Below, in pieces: positions 47,072-57,600 of a stretch of 64,000 nt of DNA (position 1 is the stretch's first letter; each line of letters begins with the position of its first letter). Source of the DNA: Litorivivens sp. (GTDB lineage: Bacteria; Pseudomonadota; Gammaproteobacteria; Pseudomonadales; Spongiibacteraceae); NCBI RefSeq assembly GCF_041624475.1, contig NZ_JBFJUX010000011.1, forward strand, positions 7,891 to 71,890. Direction: 5' to 3'. Under the pieces are notes generated by a model. The model saw nothing but the letters and a program-made list of their open reading frames with translations, was not told the DNA's origin and made no database searches. The position numbers and the translations under genes were made by a program.

Positions 47072-48015
47072 TGCTGCGTTATGTTCTCAAACGGATTGCT
47101 TACGGCGCGCTGACGATCTGGTTTATTGCCACTGCGACCTTTTTCGCCATGCATGCGGTGCCGGGTGACCCCTTTAACAGCGCCAAGGCGGCGACGCCTC
47201 AGCTGCGGGAAAACCTGCGCGCCCGCTACGGTCTGGACAAGCCCGTCGGCGAACAGTACGTGCTGTATCTGAAAAACATGTTACGCGGTGATTTTGGTAT
47301 TTCCTTCACCCAGGAAAATCGCCGGGTAAACGATATTATCCGCGAGCATTTTCCGGTATCCGCCATTCTCGGTGTGGTGGCCCTGCTGATAGCCACCGCA
47401 GGCGGTATTGCCGGCGGCGCGGTGGCTGCTTACTGGCATAACCGCTTGCCTGACCGTCTGTTGATGATGGCGGTGGTGCTGGCGATTTCGATACCCAGTT
47501 TTGTGATCGCCGCGCTGGCTCAATTGCTCATTGTGCAAGCCAATGATCTGACCGGGCGCAGCCTGCTGCCGGTGGCCGGCTGGGGCACCCTGTCACATTT
47601 GTGGATTCCGGCGCTGGTGCTGGGGCTCGGCACGATGGCTTACCTGGCACGTCTGATGCGCTCGTCGATGCTTGATGTCATGAATACCGATTATATTCTC
47701 ACCGCCCGAGCCAAAGGTTTGGGCAATTGGCAGATTTTCTGGCGCCATCAGTTGCGCAATGCCCTGTTGCCGGTGGTGACGGAACTGGGGCCCACGATCG
47801 CCGCAATCACAACCGGCGGTTTTGTGGTGGAGTTGATCTTCGCCATACCTGGGCTCGGACGCTATTTTGTGCAGGCGGTGCAGCAGCTCGATTACACCGT
47901 CATTATGGGGACGACCGTGTTTTACGGCGCCTTTCTGGTGCTGATCGTGGTGATTGTGGATTTGCTCTATGGCGTTATCGATCCTCGCATTCGCCTGCAC
48001 GGGGGGCGGCGTTGA
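47071..48015 (+). CDS. ABC transporter permease (DppB/OppB-like)
   Basis: 314 aa. MLRYVLKRIAYGALTIWFIATATFFAMHAVPGDP is typical. Its start overlaps the upstream stop. Confidence 0.9.
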   Translation: MLRYVLKRIAYGALTIWFIATATFFAMHAVPGDPFNSAKAATPQLRENLRARYGLDKPVGEQYVLYLKNMLRGDFGISFTQENRRVNDIIREHFPVSAILGVVALLIATAGGIAGGAVAAYWHNRLPDRLLMMAVVLAISIPSFVIAALAQLLIVQANDLTGRSLLPVAGWGTLSHLWIPALVLGLGTMAYLARLMRSSMLDVMNTDYILTARAKGLGNWQIFWRHQLRNALLPVVTELGPTIAAITTGGFVVELIFAIPGLGRYFVQAVQQLDYTVIMGTTVFYGAFLVLIVVIVDLLYGVIDPRIRLHGGRR

Positions 48016-49319
48016 TGAGCTATCTGGCTACCGATTTTGAGCCCCTGCCGCCGCAGGCTCCCGAAACTGCCGAAACTCTTATACCGAGTCCGCCGCTGTG
48101 GCGCTTGTTGCTCGGTGATGTTCGCGCCTGTATTGCTGCCCTTACTGTCGTCGCGATGCTGTTGCTGGCGGCGGTGGGCCCCTGGATCTGGCCGCAAAGC
48201 CCGGCGACCCAGTGGCTGTCTCAGGTATCCGTAGGGCCGAGCGGGGCGCGGACGGTAGATGTGGTGCCGGACGATCCCTGGCAGGGCCCTGACCGGGCGG
48301 TCGATTCACTGACGGCACTGCAGGCTACGACCACTGCAGTAAAACTCGCCTGGCCGAGCCTGCCCACGGCGGTAAGCTACCGGGTGTATCGCAATACCGG
48401 CGGTGTCGGACTGGGTATGCCATTGACGGAAACGGTGAATACCTACTACGCCGATCATTTGCAGCTGTCGGAGCAGACTTATCGCTACAGTGTGGTGCCG
48501 GTAAAAGTCGATGGCACGACCGCTGAGCCGCTCTGGATTGAGGTCAATCCGCGCCTGACGCTGGGAGCGTTTGAGGCAAAGCTGTTGGGGCTGGTGCCTC
48601 ATGAGGGGCAGGTGTCACTGCCGGCCCACCCGCTGGGTACCGACGCCCTGGGCCGGGATATGCTCAGCCGCATTCTGCACGGGGCCCGCACTTCGATGCT
48701 GGTCGGGTTAAGCGCTCCTCTGTTATTTATCACTCTGGGCGCGTTCTACGGTGCGCTGGCGGGTTTGTTGGGCGGCTGGGTCGACAACCTGCTGATGCGC
48801 TTCGCGGACTTCGTGGTTGCTCTGCCGTTTCTGTTATTCATGATTTTGTTTCGGGTGGCTCTGGGCATCGAATCGGGTGAAAGCGGCCTGTTTCCCATGG
48901 TGCTGGCGATGGTGCTGTTAAGCTGGCCCTCGGCCGCGCGGTTGGTGCGGGGCCAGGTGCTGCAGTTGCGCGAAAGCGCGTTTGTCATGTCGGCGCGATT
49001 GGCCGGTGCGAGCAATTTCTATCTGATTCGTCGCCACCTTTTACCCAATGTACTGCCCCTGCTGCTGGTGTCTCTCAGTTTTGCCATTCCCCAGGCCATT
49101 TTCACCGAGGCCCTGCTGTCGTTTATCGGCATGGGTGTGGTGCCGCCCACGCCGTCCTGGGGCACCCTGTGCAATGAGGGTATTCGCAGCATGCTGACCC
49201 ATCCTCACGAGCTGGTGATTCCGGCGCTGGCCATCAGTGCCACGGTGCTGGCCTTTAACGTGCTGGGTGACGCCTTGCGCGATGCGATGGATGTAAAAGT
49301 GCGCAGGGGGGTGAGATGA
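48015..49319 (+). CDS. ABC transporter permease (DppC/OppC-like) with a ~140-aa periplasmic insert containing an FN3-like module
   Basis: The ATG at 48015 overlaps the upstream stop (ATGA). The canonical HPLGTDALGRDMLSRILHGARTSM motif appears only after residue ~205. The insert contains AVKLAWPSLPTAVSYRVYRN...YYADHLQLSEQTYRYSVVPV. Confidence 0.85.
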   Translation: MSYLATDFEPLPPQAPETAETLIPSPPLWRLLLGDVRACIAALTVVAMLLLAAVGPWIWPQSPATQWLSQVSVGPSGARTVDVVPDDPWQGPDRAVDSLTALQATTTAVKLAWPSLPTAVSYRVYRNTGGVGLGMPLTETVNTYYADHLQLSEQTYRYSVVPVKVDGTTAEPLWIEVNPRLTLGAFEAKLLGLVPHEGQVSLPAHPLGTDALGRDMLSRILHGARTSMLVGLSAPLLFITLGAFYGALAGLLGGWVDNLLMRFADFVVALPFLLFMILFRVALGIESGESGLFPMVLAMVLLSWPSAARLVRGQVLQLRESAFVMSARLAGASNFYLIRRHLLPNVLPLLLVSLSFAIPQAIFTEALLSFIGMGVVPPTPSWGTLCNEGIRSMLTHPHELVIPALAISATVLAFNVLGDALRDAMDVKVRRGVR

Positions 49320-50272
49320 GTCTGTTGCAGGTTCGCGACCTTCACCTTCATATTGGCGACCAGCATCTGGTGCGCGGCGTCGATCTCTCAATCGATGCTG
49401 GTGAGTGTCTGGCGCTGGTTGGCGAGTCCGGTTCCGGTAAAAGTCTGACCGCGCTGTCGCTGATGCAGTTATTACCCTCCAATGCCCGGCTTGAGCACAG
49501 AGAATGGCTGTTTGCCGGGCAGGATATGCGATTTGTTGATGAGGCGGGTTGGCGCAAGCTGCGGGCCCGGCGCATTGCCATGGTGTTCCAGAACCCAATG
49601 ACCGCTTTGAACCCGACCATGACCATCGGGCGCCAGATTGCAGAAGTGATCAATCTGCATACCGGTAAAAGTCGCCGCTCCGCTTTGGCGCGCGCCGTCG
49701 AGTTGCTGGACCGGCTGGGTATCGTCAATGCCCCCCGCCGGGCCAGACAGTACCCCTTTGAGCTGTCCGGCGGCATGCTGCAGCGGGCGGTGATCGCGAT
49801 GGCGGTGGCCTGCGGGCCCTCTCTGCTGATCGCGGATGAGCCCACCACGGCGCTGGATGTCACGGTGCAGGCCGAGGTGCTGATGCTGCTGAGGGAGTTG
49901 TGCAGTGACGAAGGTTTAGGCTTGCTGTTGATTACCCACGACCTGGGTGTAGTCAAGGATATGGCTCGGCAACTTGCTGTCATGTATGCGGGCCGTATTG
50001 TCGAGTCTGGAAGCTGCGAGCAGGTGCTGCGTGATCCGGCCCACCCGTATACGCGGGCGCTGCAGGCGGCGATGCCAAGCCTCGGCGGAGAGGCGCAATC
50101 ACTGCAAGGTATTGCCGGTACGCCGCCGGATCTGTCCCGGCAGATCGACGGCTGCGCATTCGCGCCGCGCTGCCCACAGGCCATGAATATCTGTCCCCGA
50201 CGTTTGCCGCCGGCATTCAGCCCGGTACCGGAGCAGCGGGTGGAATGCTGGCTTTGGGAGCAGGCGCGATGA
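49316..50272 (+). CDS. ABC transporter ATP-binding protein (DppD/OppD-like)
   Basis: Walker A is GESGSGKS, the signature motif is LSGGMLQR, and Walker B is LLIADEPTTALD. Confidence 0.9.
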   Translation: MSLLQVRDLHLHIGDQHLVRGVDLSIDAGECLALVGESGSGKSLTALSLMQLLPSNARLEHREWLFAGQDMRFVDEAGWRKLRARRIAMVFQNPMTALNPTMTIGRQIAEVINLHTGKSRRSALARAVELLDRLGIVNAPRRARQYPFELSGGMLQRAVIAMAVACGPSLLIADEPTTALDVTVQAEVLMLLRELCSDEGLGLLLITHDLGVVKDMARQLAVMYAGRIVESGSCEQVLRDPAHPYTRALQAAMPSLGGEAQSLQGIAGTPPDLSRQIDGCAFAPRCPQAMNICPRRLPPAFSPVPEQRVECWLWEQAR

Positions 50273-51192
50273 GTCTGCTGGAGATTGATCGACTGACCTG
50301 CCGTTTTGGTGAGGTCACGGCGGTGGATGAGGTCAGCCTGAGCGTTAATGAAGGAGAGTTGCTGGGGCTGGTGGGGGAGAGCGGTTCTGGCAAGTCCACC
50401 CTGGGACGCGCCATCTGTGGGCTGGTGCCCCCGTCGCAGGGCCGAATTCGCTTTGCCGGTCGCCCTTTGCCTGAACGGTTTACCGCCAGTACCTTCCGGC
50501 GTCAGGCCGCGCTGGTGCAGATGGTTTTTCAGGATGCTTACAGTGCTATGAACCCGCGCATGACCCTGCTCGACAGCCTGCGCGAACCTCTGCTGCTGCA
50601 AGGCAAACAGTGCGGCAAGGAATCTCGGCTGGCGCTGGACTGGCTTGATCGGATCGGGCTTCCCCGGCGCTTTGCCATGCGCTACCCCCATGAATTATCC
50701 GGTGGCCAGCGCCAGCGTCTGGGTATTGCCCGCGCCTTTATCACCGAGCCCAAGCTGGTGATCTGCGATGAGCCGGTTTCTGCGCTGGATGTGTCTGTAC
50801 AGGCCCAGATCATCAATCTCCTGCAGAATCTGCAGCGCGATACCGGCGTCGCCATGCTGTTTATTGCGCACGATCTGGCCGTTGTGCGCCATCTGGCTGA
50901 GCGTACAGCGGTGATGTATCACGGGCGGGTGGTTGAGCTCGGGGGGCGGGATTTGTTCGCCAGGCCGCGCCACCCCTACACCCGGGCTCTGGTAGCTGCA
51001 AACCCCGGAGCGGGCGGTGAGCTTATGGAATCGAGGAGTCTGCTGCCGCCGGCAGCGACGGGCTGCGCTTATCGAAAGCGCTGTCCCTATGCGGCATCAG
51101 TCTGCGAAGCTTCAGTGCCGAAGCTGATAACTGACGAAGCTGACCGGCAGGTGGCCTGTCACCGGCTGGAGGACATTGACAAGCTGCGGTAG
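50269..51192 (+). CDS. ABC transporter ATP-binding protein (DppF/OppF-like)
   Basis: It has GESGSGKST, LSGGQRQR and LVICDEPVSALD motifs. Its start overlaps the upstream stop (ATGA). Confidence 0.9.
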   Translation: MSLLEIDRLTCRFGEVTAVDEVSLSVNEGELLGLVGESGSGKSTLGRAICGLVPPSQGRIRFAGRPLPERFTASTFRRQAALVQMVFQDAYSAMNPRMTLLDSLREPLLLQGKQCGKESRLALDWLDRIGLPRRFAMRYPHELSGGQRQRLGIARAFITEPKLVICDEPVSALDVSVQAQIINLLQNLQRDTGVAMLFIAHDLAVVRHLAERTAVMYHGRVVELGGRDLFARPRHPYTRALVAANPGAGGELMESRSLLPPAATGCAYRKRCPYAASVCEASVPKLITDEADRQVACHRLEDIDKLR

Positions 51193-51211
51193 TGGAGAGA
51201 AATACGGAGGA

Positions 51212-52225
51212 CTAACTATCCAGCGACTCCGGGTAAGCAATGATACGCGGCGCGTCGCGGTCGCTCGCATCCATCAGAATCACCATCTCTTGACCGCCGA
51301 ATTCTTCGGGCATCTCTATATTCCAGCGAAAAAATGACACGCGGATGCGGTTTTCACCAGGCTGAATAACCGTGTTCGCTCGGTACTGATAGTTTCCCAG
51401 ACCTTTGAAACGGTCGCTGTTCTTCTCCACTTCCTGTCCATTCACAAAGTGGCGAACATTCAGAATCTTGTTACTGCGAATCTTCAGACCGTCGCCACCG
51501 ATGCGCAGCTGCAGGTTGGCAAGTTCCGTCAGCACCTGTGCGCGGCTGGTCAGCAGGGTGAAGTCGCGGTCCAGCTCCAGCGGTTCATTGCTGCTTGCCA
51601 CTTTATTGTCGGGCTCTGACTTTGCTTTGGTCTCGGCTTTGGCGACCGGTTTTTCGGCGGCGGAGGGCTGGTTGTTGTTTGCCTGAGCGCGATTGCGGGC
51701 TTCGGCCTCAGCGCGCCGAGCCGCCTCTGCTTGCTGGCGCTCGCGATAGGCTGCAATTTCCCGCTTCATTTCAGGGATGCGTTTTTCGACCCGCTCAAGT
51801 TCACGGCGAACGCGGATCAGCTCGCTTTCCACGCCGTCCTGTTTGGCCTCCAGCTGACGCAACTGACTATTGGCTGAACGAAATTTGCGCTCTGCCAGAT
51901 GCATCTTGAATTCGGCGTTGCGCAGCCGGCTTTTGTTGGTTGGTGTGGGGTCGGTTTCGTACTGCTCGCTGGCCTCTTCAAAACCGGCGACAGCTTCGTC
52001 GTAGGCGGCTTTTTCGGGCCCGTCCGACGGCTCCGTATTGGCCATCTGCTGGCTCAGCGAAACCGATTGCTCGCGCAGGGACTGAATTTCTTCCTGCAGC
52101 TCTGCCTGACGTGCCTGCAGGCGGGATAAATCCTGGCTTGAGGGTTGCGCCAACGCACTCTGGCTCACGATGCTGGCTGCCAACAGGCAAACTTTGCCCA
52201 AGCGAATAATATCTGAGGGTTTCAT
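51212..52225 (-). CDS. Secreted coiled-coil protein of unknown function
   Basis: It has a signal peptide (...LLAASIVSQSALAQ), ~170 aa of heptad-like charged sequence, a low-complexity linker and a ~130-aa C-terminal domain. Confidence 0.6.
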   Translation of the reverse strand: MKPSDIIRLGKVCLLAASIVSQSALAQPSSQDLSRLQARQAELQEEIQSLREQSVSLSQQMANTEPSDGPEKAAYDEAVAGFEEASEQYETDPTPTNKSRLRNAEFKMHLAERKFRSANSQLRQLEAKQDGVESELIRVRRELERVEKRIPEMKREIAAYRERQQAEAARRAEAEARNRAQANNNQPSAAEKPVAKAETKAKSEPDNKVASSNEPLELDRDFTLLTSRAQVLTELANLQLRIGGDGLKIRSNKILNVRHFVNGQEVEKNSDRFKGLGNYQYRANTVIQPGENRIRVSFFRWNIEMPEEFGGQEMVILMDASDRDAPRIIAYPESLDS

Positions 52226-52857
52226 GGCTGAAGTGGAGGCTCTAAGCGATTTCTACAAAGGTGTCACTGGTATACAGTCATTATTGTTTTGCTTGTCTAT
52301 TGTACAGTGAGGACGGCAATATCCCCGCCCCTACAAAACAGCGCCAACTATTACAGAAAATGGTCGTCGGGTCAAAAATCCTCAGTTCCGTTCATCCGAT
52401 GGTAATCTTTCCGGTCTGGTCGACAGCGGAGCAGATTTTTTCAATCATGGCAATAACTTGTGAATTCTGGCGCGGCAGGTTTCGGGTGGGCTTGTGACGT
52501 CGAAACCCGAGTTGGCAGGCGGTTTGCGTCAGATCAGTGCTTTGAGCCTGAAAGCGGTCGTCTATATCGGCAGCATTCGGCTGGAGCGTGTGAAGGAGTG
52601 GACAGCGACCGATGCCCTTGCTCGCTCGATCGTTTGTGGAGAGGAGTTGAACTGAGTTCATCAAGCGCTTGTTTTCAATGGGTTTAGCTGGCGGGTCCAT
52701 AGATTGCATGAATGCCCGCTATTGCCGCTGTAACCCCGGCAGAGTGCGTTGACAGGGTTATCAAAGACCGTTAGCTTCACCTAGCCCAAATTCAAACAAG
52801 ACGGATAAGCCTGCGCCAAGGCTGACCGCGATAAATAATACCGATCGAGGAAGGACC

Positions 52858-54555
52858 GTGTCCGAACAAAACAAGACCGTGAACGAAGCCATTTCCGCCG
52901 CGCGTGCCCGGGCGCGAGTGCCCGAAACCATTGATCCAGACAAATTCAAGAATCTCGTCGAGCTGTTTCACTTTTGCGTAGAAAGCTACCGCTCACGCGA
53001 TGCGGTCAGCAGCATCGGTCACACCCTGACCTATGACGATCTGGAGCGCCAATCGGCTGCGCTCGGTGCTTATCTGCAACATAAAACAAATCTCAAGCCC
53101 GGTGATCGCGTTGCGATCCAGATGCCCAACATTATCCAGTATCCGGTTACTTTGTTTGCGGTGCTTCGCGCTGGATTTGTAGTGGTTAACACCAACCCGC
53201 TGTACAGCCCGCGTGAGATTAAGCACCAGCTGAACGATTCTGGTGCCAAAGCGCTGATTCTGTTGGCGAATGTTGGGGAAGCAGCGGCGGAAGTGCTGGC
53301 GGAAACGCCGGTCGAAACTGTCATCATGACTGAGCTGGCCGACCTGCACCCCGGTTTCAAGGGGCGTCTGATCAACTTTGCCGCCCGCCACGTCAAGAAG
53401 ATGATTCCCGACTACGATATGCCGGGTGCTATTTCCTTCCGCAAGGCGATTGCCCAGGGGCGCAAGCTCACCCTGAAAGAAGCGTCGCCTGACTCCAACG
53501 AGGTAGCACTGCTGCAGTACACCGGGGGGACCACCGGTGTGTCGAAAGGGGCGATGATAAGCCACCGCAATCTGGTCGCCAACATCCTGCAGGCGGCGAG
53601 TATTTTCGATACCTACGGCTTTGAGGAAGGCCCTCAAACCTTTATCGGGCCGCTGCCGCTGTATCACATCTACTCCTTTACCCTGGGCTTTATCGTGATG
53701 ATGCAGGGTAACCACACGGTTCTGATCCCCAACCCGCGGGATATGGATGCCTTTGTCAAGGAGATGAAAAAGTGGAAGTTCAGCGGCATGAGCGGCCTGA
53801 ACACCCTGTTTGTGGGGCTTTGCAAGCATCCTGAATTCAAGAACGTTGATTTTTCTCACCTGAAAATGACTCTGTCAGGTGGTATGGCACTGACCACGGC
53901 GGCAGCGAATACCTGGAAGGAAATTACCGGGTGCGAGGTTTATGAAGGTTACGGCCTGACCGAGACCTCGCCGATTGTATCTACCAATCCCGGTGGTGCG
54001 AATGAGCTGGGTACGATCGGCGTGCCGGTGTCGAATACCGAGATCAAAATCGCCGCCGAGGATGGCTCCGAGCAGCCCATCGGAGAGCGCGGTGAGCTCT
54101 GCGTGCGCGGCCCTCAGGTGATGCTGGGCTACTGGCAGCGCGATGACGAAACCGCCAAGATGATCGACGAAGATGGCTGGCTGCACACTGGCGATGTTGC
54201 GGTTGTGCGTGAGGACGGTTACCTGAAAATCGTCGACCGGATGAAAGACATGATTCTGGTATCAGGCTTCAACGTCTACCCCAACGAAATTGAAGATGTG
54301 GTCTGCGCCCACCCGGAAGTAGCCGAGTGTGCGGCAATTGGGGTGCCGGACGACAAATCCGGTGAAGTGGTCAAGATCTTCGTGGTCGGCAAGAATGGAG
54401 CGGTCAACGAAGATTCCCTGCGCGCCCACCTGCGCGAACAGCTGACGGGTTATAAAATGCCCAAGCATATTGAGCAGCGCGACGAGCTGCCCAAATCCAA
54501 TGTCGGCAAGATCCTGCGCAGGGAGCTGCGTGACGAGGAAATGAGTAAGGCCTGA
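52858..54555 (+). CDS. fadD: Long-chain fatty acid-CoA ligase
   Basis: NPLYSPREIKHQLNDSGAKALI and YTGGTTGVSKGA are FadD-like. The GTG start follows GAGGAAGGA. Confidence 0.9.
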   Translation: MSEQNKTVNEAISAARARARVPETIDPDKFKNLVELFHFCVESYRSRDAVSSIGHTLTYDDLERQSAALGAYLQHKTNLKPGDRVAIQMPNIIQYPVTLFAVLRAGFVVVNTNPLYSPREIKHQLNDSGAKALILLANVGEAAAEVLAETPVETVIMTELADLHPGFKGRLINFAARHVKKMIPDYDMPGAISFRKAIAQGRKLTLKEASPDSNEVALLQYTGGTTGVSKGAMISHRNLVANILQAASIFDTYGFEEGPQTFIGPLPLYHIYSFTLGFIVMMQGNHTVLIPNPRDMDAFVKEMKKWKFSGMSGLNTLFVGLCKHPEFKNVDFSHLKMTLSGGMALTTAAANTWKEITGCEVYEGYGLTETSPIVSTNPGGANELGTIGVPVSNTEIKIAAEDGSEQPIGERGELCVRGPQVMLGYWQRDDETAKMIDEDGWLHTGDVAVVREDGYLKIVDRMKDMILVSGFNVYPNEIEDVVCAHPEVAECAAIGVPDDKSGEVVKIFVVGKNGAVNEDSLRAHLREQLTGYKMPKHIEQRDELPKSNVGKILRRELRDEEMSKA

Positions 54556-54599
54556 GCACTTGCTTTATAATTGCCGCTGAATTCTCAGTGGTTAATGAG

Positions 54600-54622
54600 A
54601 AACGCCCTGCGGGGCGTTTTTT
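54600..54622 (+). terminator. Rho-independent terminator after fadD
   Basis: AAACGCCC-tgcg-GGGCGTTT forms an 8-bp stem, followed by a T run. Confidence 0.8.
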
Positions 54623-54635
54623 CGTTTTGAGGGCT

Positions 54636-57600
54636 ATGCAGACTAAACAGCAGATTGACGCCATCTGGCTCGCCGACGAACCCCGCTTGCGGCGTTTGCA
54701 GGGCGATATTAGAAAGCGATCGCGCCAGGGCAAGCCAACGGATCGTTTGCAGGCCAAATTCAGCGATATGTTGGCTCAGTCGCAAGCCAAGGTGGCTGCG
54801 CGCCGGCAGACACTGCCACAGATCAGCTATCCTGACCTGCCCGTCGCCCGTGAAGTGGAGCGCATCCGCGCGGCCTTGTTGGACAATCAGGTTATTGTGG
54901 TGGCCGGCGAAACCGGTTCCGGCAAAACCACCCAGTTGCCCAAACTCTGTCTTGAGGCCGGGCGCGGTATTCACGGTCTGATCGGCCATACCCAGCCGCG
55001 ACGGCTGGCGGCCCGCACCGTCGCCCAGCGCATTGCCAGCGAACTGCAGACGGAGTTGGGCGCGGCGGTGGGCTATCAGGTGCGCTTTCACGATCAGGTG
55101 TCAGATGGCACCTATATCAAGTTGATGACCGATGGCATTCTGCTCGCTGAAATTCAGCACGATCCTTACCTCTATCGCTACGATACGCTGATAATCGATG
55201 AGGCCCACGAACGCAGCCTCAATATTGACTTCCTGCTCGGCTACCTGAAGCTGTTGCTGCCCAAACGGCCCGATCTGAAAATCATCATCACCTCAGCGAC
55301 CATCGACGTGCAGAGATTTTCCGAGCACTTTGATAACGCGCCGGTCATAGAGGTCTCGGGGCGGACCTATCCGGTGGATATCCGCTATCGACCGCTGGAA
55401 GAGTTGAGTCCCGAGCTGGACCAGGCCGAGGCCATCGAGCAGGCGCTGCAGGACCTGGACGCCGAGGGCGGTCGTCGGCAAGGCGATGTGCTGGTTTTTC
55501 TGAGTGGCGAGCGCGAGATTCGCGCAGCGGCGAAACAGTTGCGGCGCTCCAGCCTGATGGGACTGGAAGTCCTGCCCTTGTATGCACGCCTGAGCGCGCG
55601 TGAGCAACAGCGCATCTTTGACGAGGGCGGGAGACGGGGATGGCGCGTTGTGCTGGCGACCAACGTCGCGGAAACCTCGTTGACCGTGCCGGGTATTCGC
55701 TTTGTTATTGACACGGGCACGGCGCGCATCAGCCGCTACAGTTATCGCAGCAAGGTGCAGCGCCTGCCGATCGAGCCGGTGTCACAGGCCAGTGCCAACC
55801 AGCGGGCCGGGCGCTGTGGGCGCGTCGCGCCAGGCGTTTGTGTGCGCTTGTATTCCCAGGAGGATTTTGAGGCCCGCCCGGCCTTTACCGAGCCGGAAGT
55901 GCAGCGCACCAATCTCGCATCAGTGATTCTTCAGATGCTCAATATGCGATTGGGCGATATCGAAAACTTTCCTTTTGTAGACGCGCCGGATCGCCGCTTT
56001 ATCAATGACGGCTACAAGCTGCTCGAAGAGCTGGCGGCGGTGGACAAGGGTGAACTGACGCCGCTGGGCAAAACTCTGGTGCGCCTGCCGGTTGATCCGC
56101 GTATGGCGCGCATCCTGCAGGCGGCCAGCCAGCTCGGTTGTCTGCAGGAAGCCTTGATCGTTGTCAGCGCGCTCAGTATTCAGGATCCGCGCGAACGGCC
56201 CGCCGACAAGCAGCAGGCCGCCGACGAAAAGCACCGTCGCTTTATCGATAAAGACTCGGATTTTTCGGCCTATGTGAATCTCTGGAACTATCTGGAGGAG
56301 CAGCGTCAGGAACTGTCCAACAACCAGTTCCGAAAAATGTGTCAACGCGAGTTTATCGCGCCGAGTCGCGCTCAGGAGTGGCGTGAGCTGCACTGGCAGC
56401 TAAAGCTAGCCTGCCGCGATAACGGTTGGAAACTCAACGCGGAACCAGCCTCCTTTGAAGCCCTGCACCGGGCGGTGCTGGCCGGCTTTTTGAGCCACGT
56501 GGCCAAGAAGGACGAGCAGCACTGGTATCGCGGCACCCGCAACCGCAAGCTGCGCATTTTTCCGGGCTCCGGGCTGTTCAAGAAAAACCCGGCCTGGATT
56601 GTGGCGGCAGAACTGGCGGAAACCTCCCAGCTTTTTGCCCGCTGCGTGGCCAGAATTGAACCGGAGTGGATACCCGGCATCAACGACGCAGTGCTGAAAC
56701 ACCAGTATTTTGAACCCCACTGGCAGGCAAAGGCGGGGCGTGTCAGCGCCTTCCGGCAGACCAGCCTGTATGGGCTGGTCATTCAGGATCGGCAGCGAGT
56801 CAATTACGGGCCCATCGATCCGGTGTTATCGCGGGAGATACTAATTCGCAGTGCATTGGTAGAAAGGCAGTACCGGGGCAAGGCGGCATTTTTCGCTCAC
56901 AACAAAGCAGCAATTGATAAGGTGCTGGCGCTTGAAAGCAAGCTGCGGCGGCGAGACCTGTTGATCAGCGATGATGCCATGTTTGCCTTTTACGACCGCC
57001 GGCTGCCGCCGGAAATTGTCAGTGCCCGACATCTGGAGAGCTGGCTGGGCAAGGCGGAAGAAAGCGAGCGCAAGGCACTGGAGATGAGCGATGACGATGT
57101 GCTGGCCGTTAGCCAGAGTCGCGAGGCCATCAATCAGTTTCCGGACACCTGGCGTTGGGGCGAGCTGCGCCTGCCCCTGCGCTATCGCTTTGAGCCCGGT
57201 CATCAGGGCGACGGTGTGACTCTGGTGGTCCCGTTGGTGCTGCTCAATCGAGTGCCCGAGCACCTTCCCGAGTGGCTGGTTCCGGGTTTGCTGGAAGATA
57301 AATGCGTCGCGCTGCTAAAAGCTCTGCCCAAACAGTGGCGCAAAAAGCTGATGCCGATACCCGTCACGGTCGGAAAAGCGCTGTCACTGATGGAGGCCGG
57401 TGATCAGCCCCTCAGTCGCGCGCTGGCCGAGGCGCTGCGACGGGTGGTCGGCGAGACGATACCGCCGGAGCTGTGGCGTGGAGATCTGCTCGACGCGTTC
57501 TATCTGATGAACTTCGAAATTGTGGATGAGCGCGGCAAAGTGCTCGCGCAGGGTCGGGACCTACAGGCACTGAAAGCGCGTTACAGCGAGCAGTCGGCGG

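Noticed and set aside
49348-50691. 447-aa minus-strand ORF across both ABC ATPase genes
   Set aside because: It is antisense to two genes with complete Walker A, signature and Walker B motifs. Its translation is Ser/Arg/Pro/Ala-rich.
52392-52709. 105-aa minus-strand ORF in the fadD upstream spacer
   Set aside because: It has no convincing RBS, no recognisable motif and an odd composition. It is kept only as a note inside the finding on that spacer.
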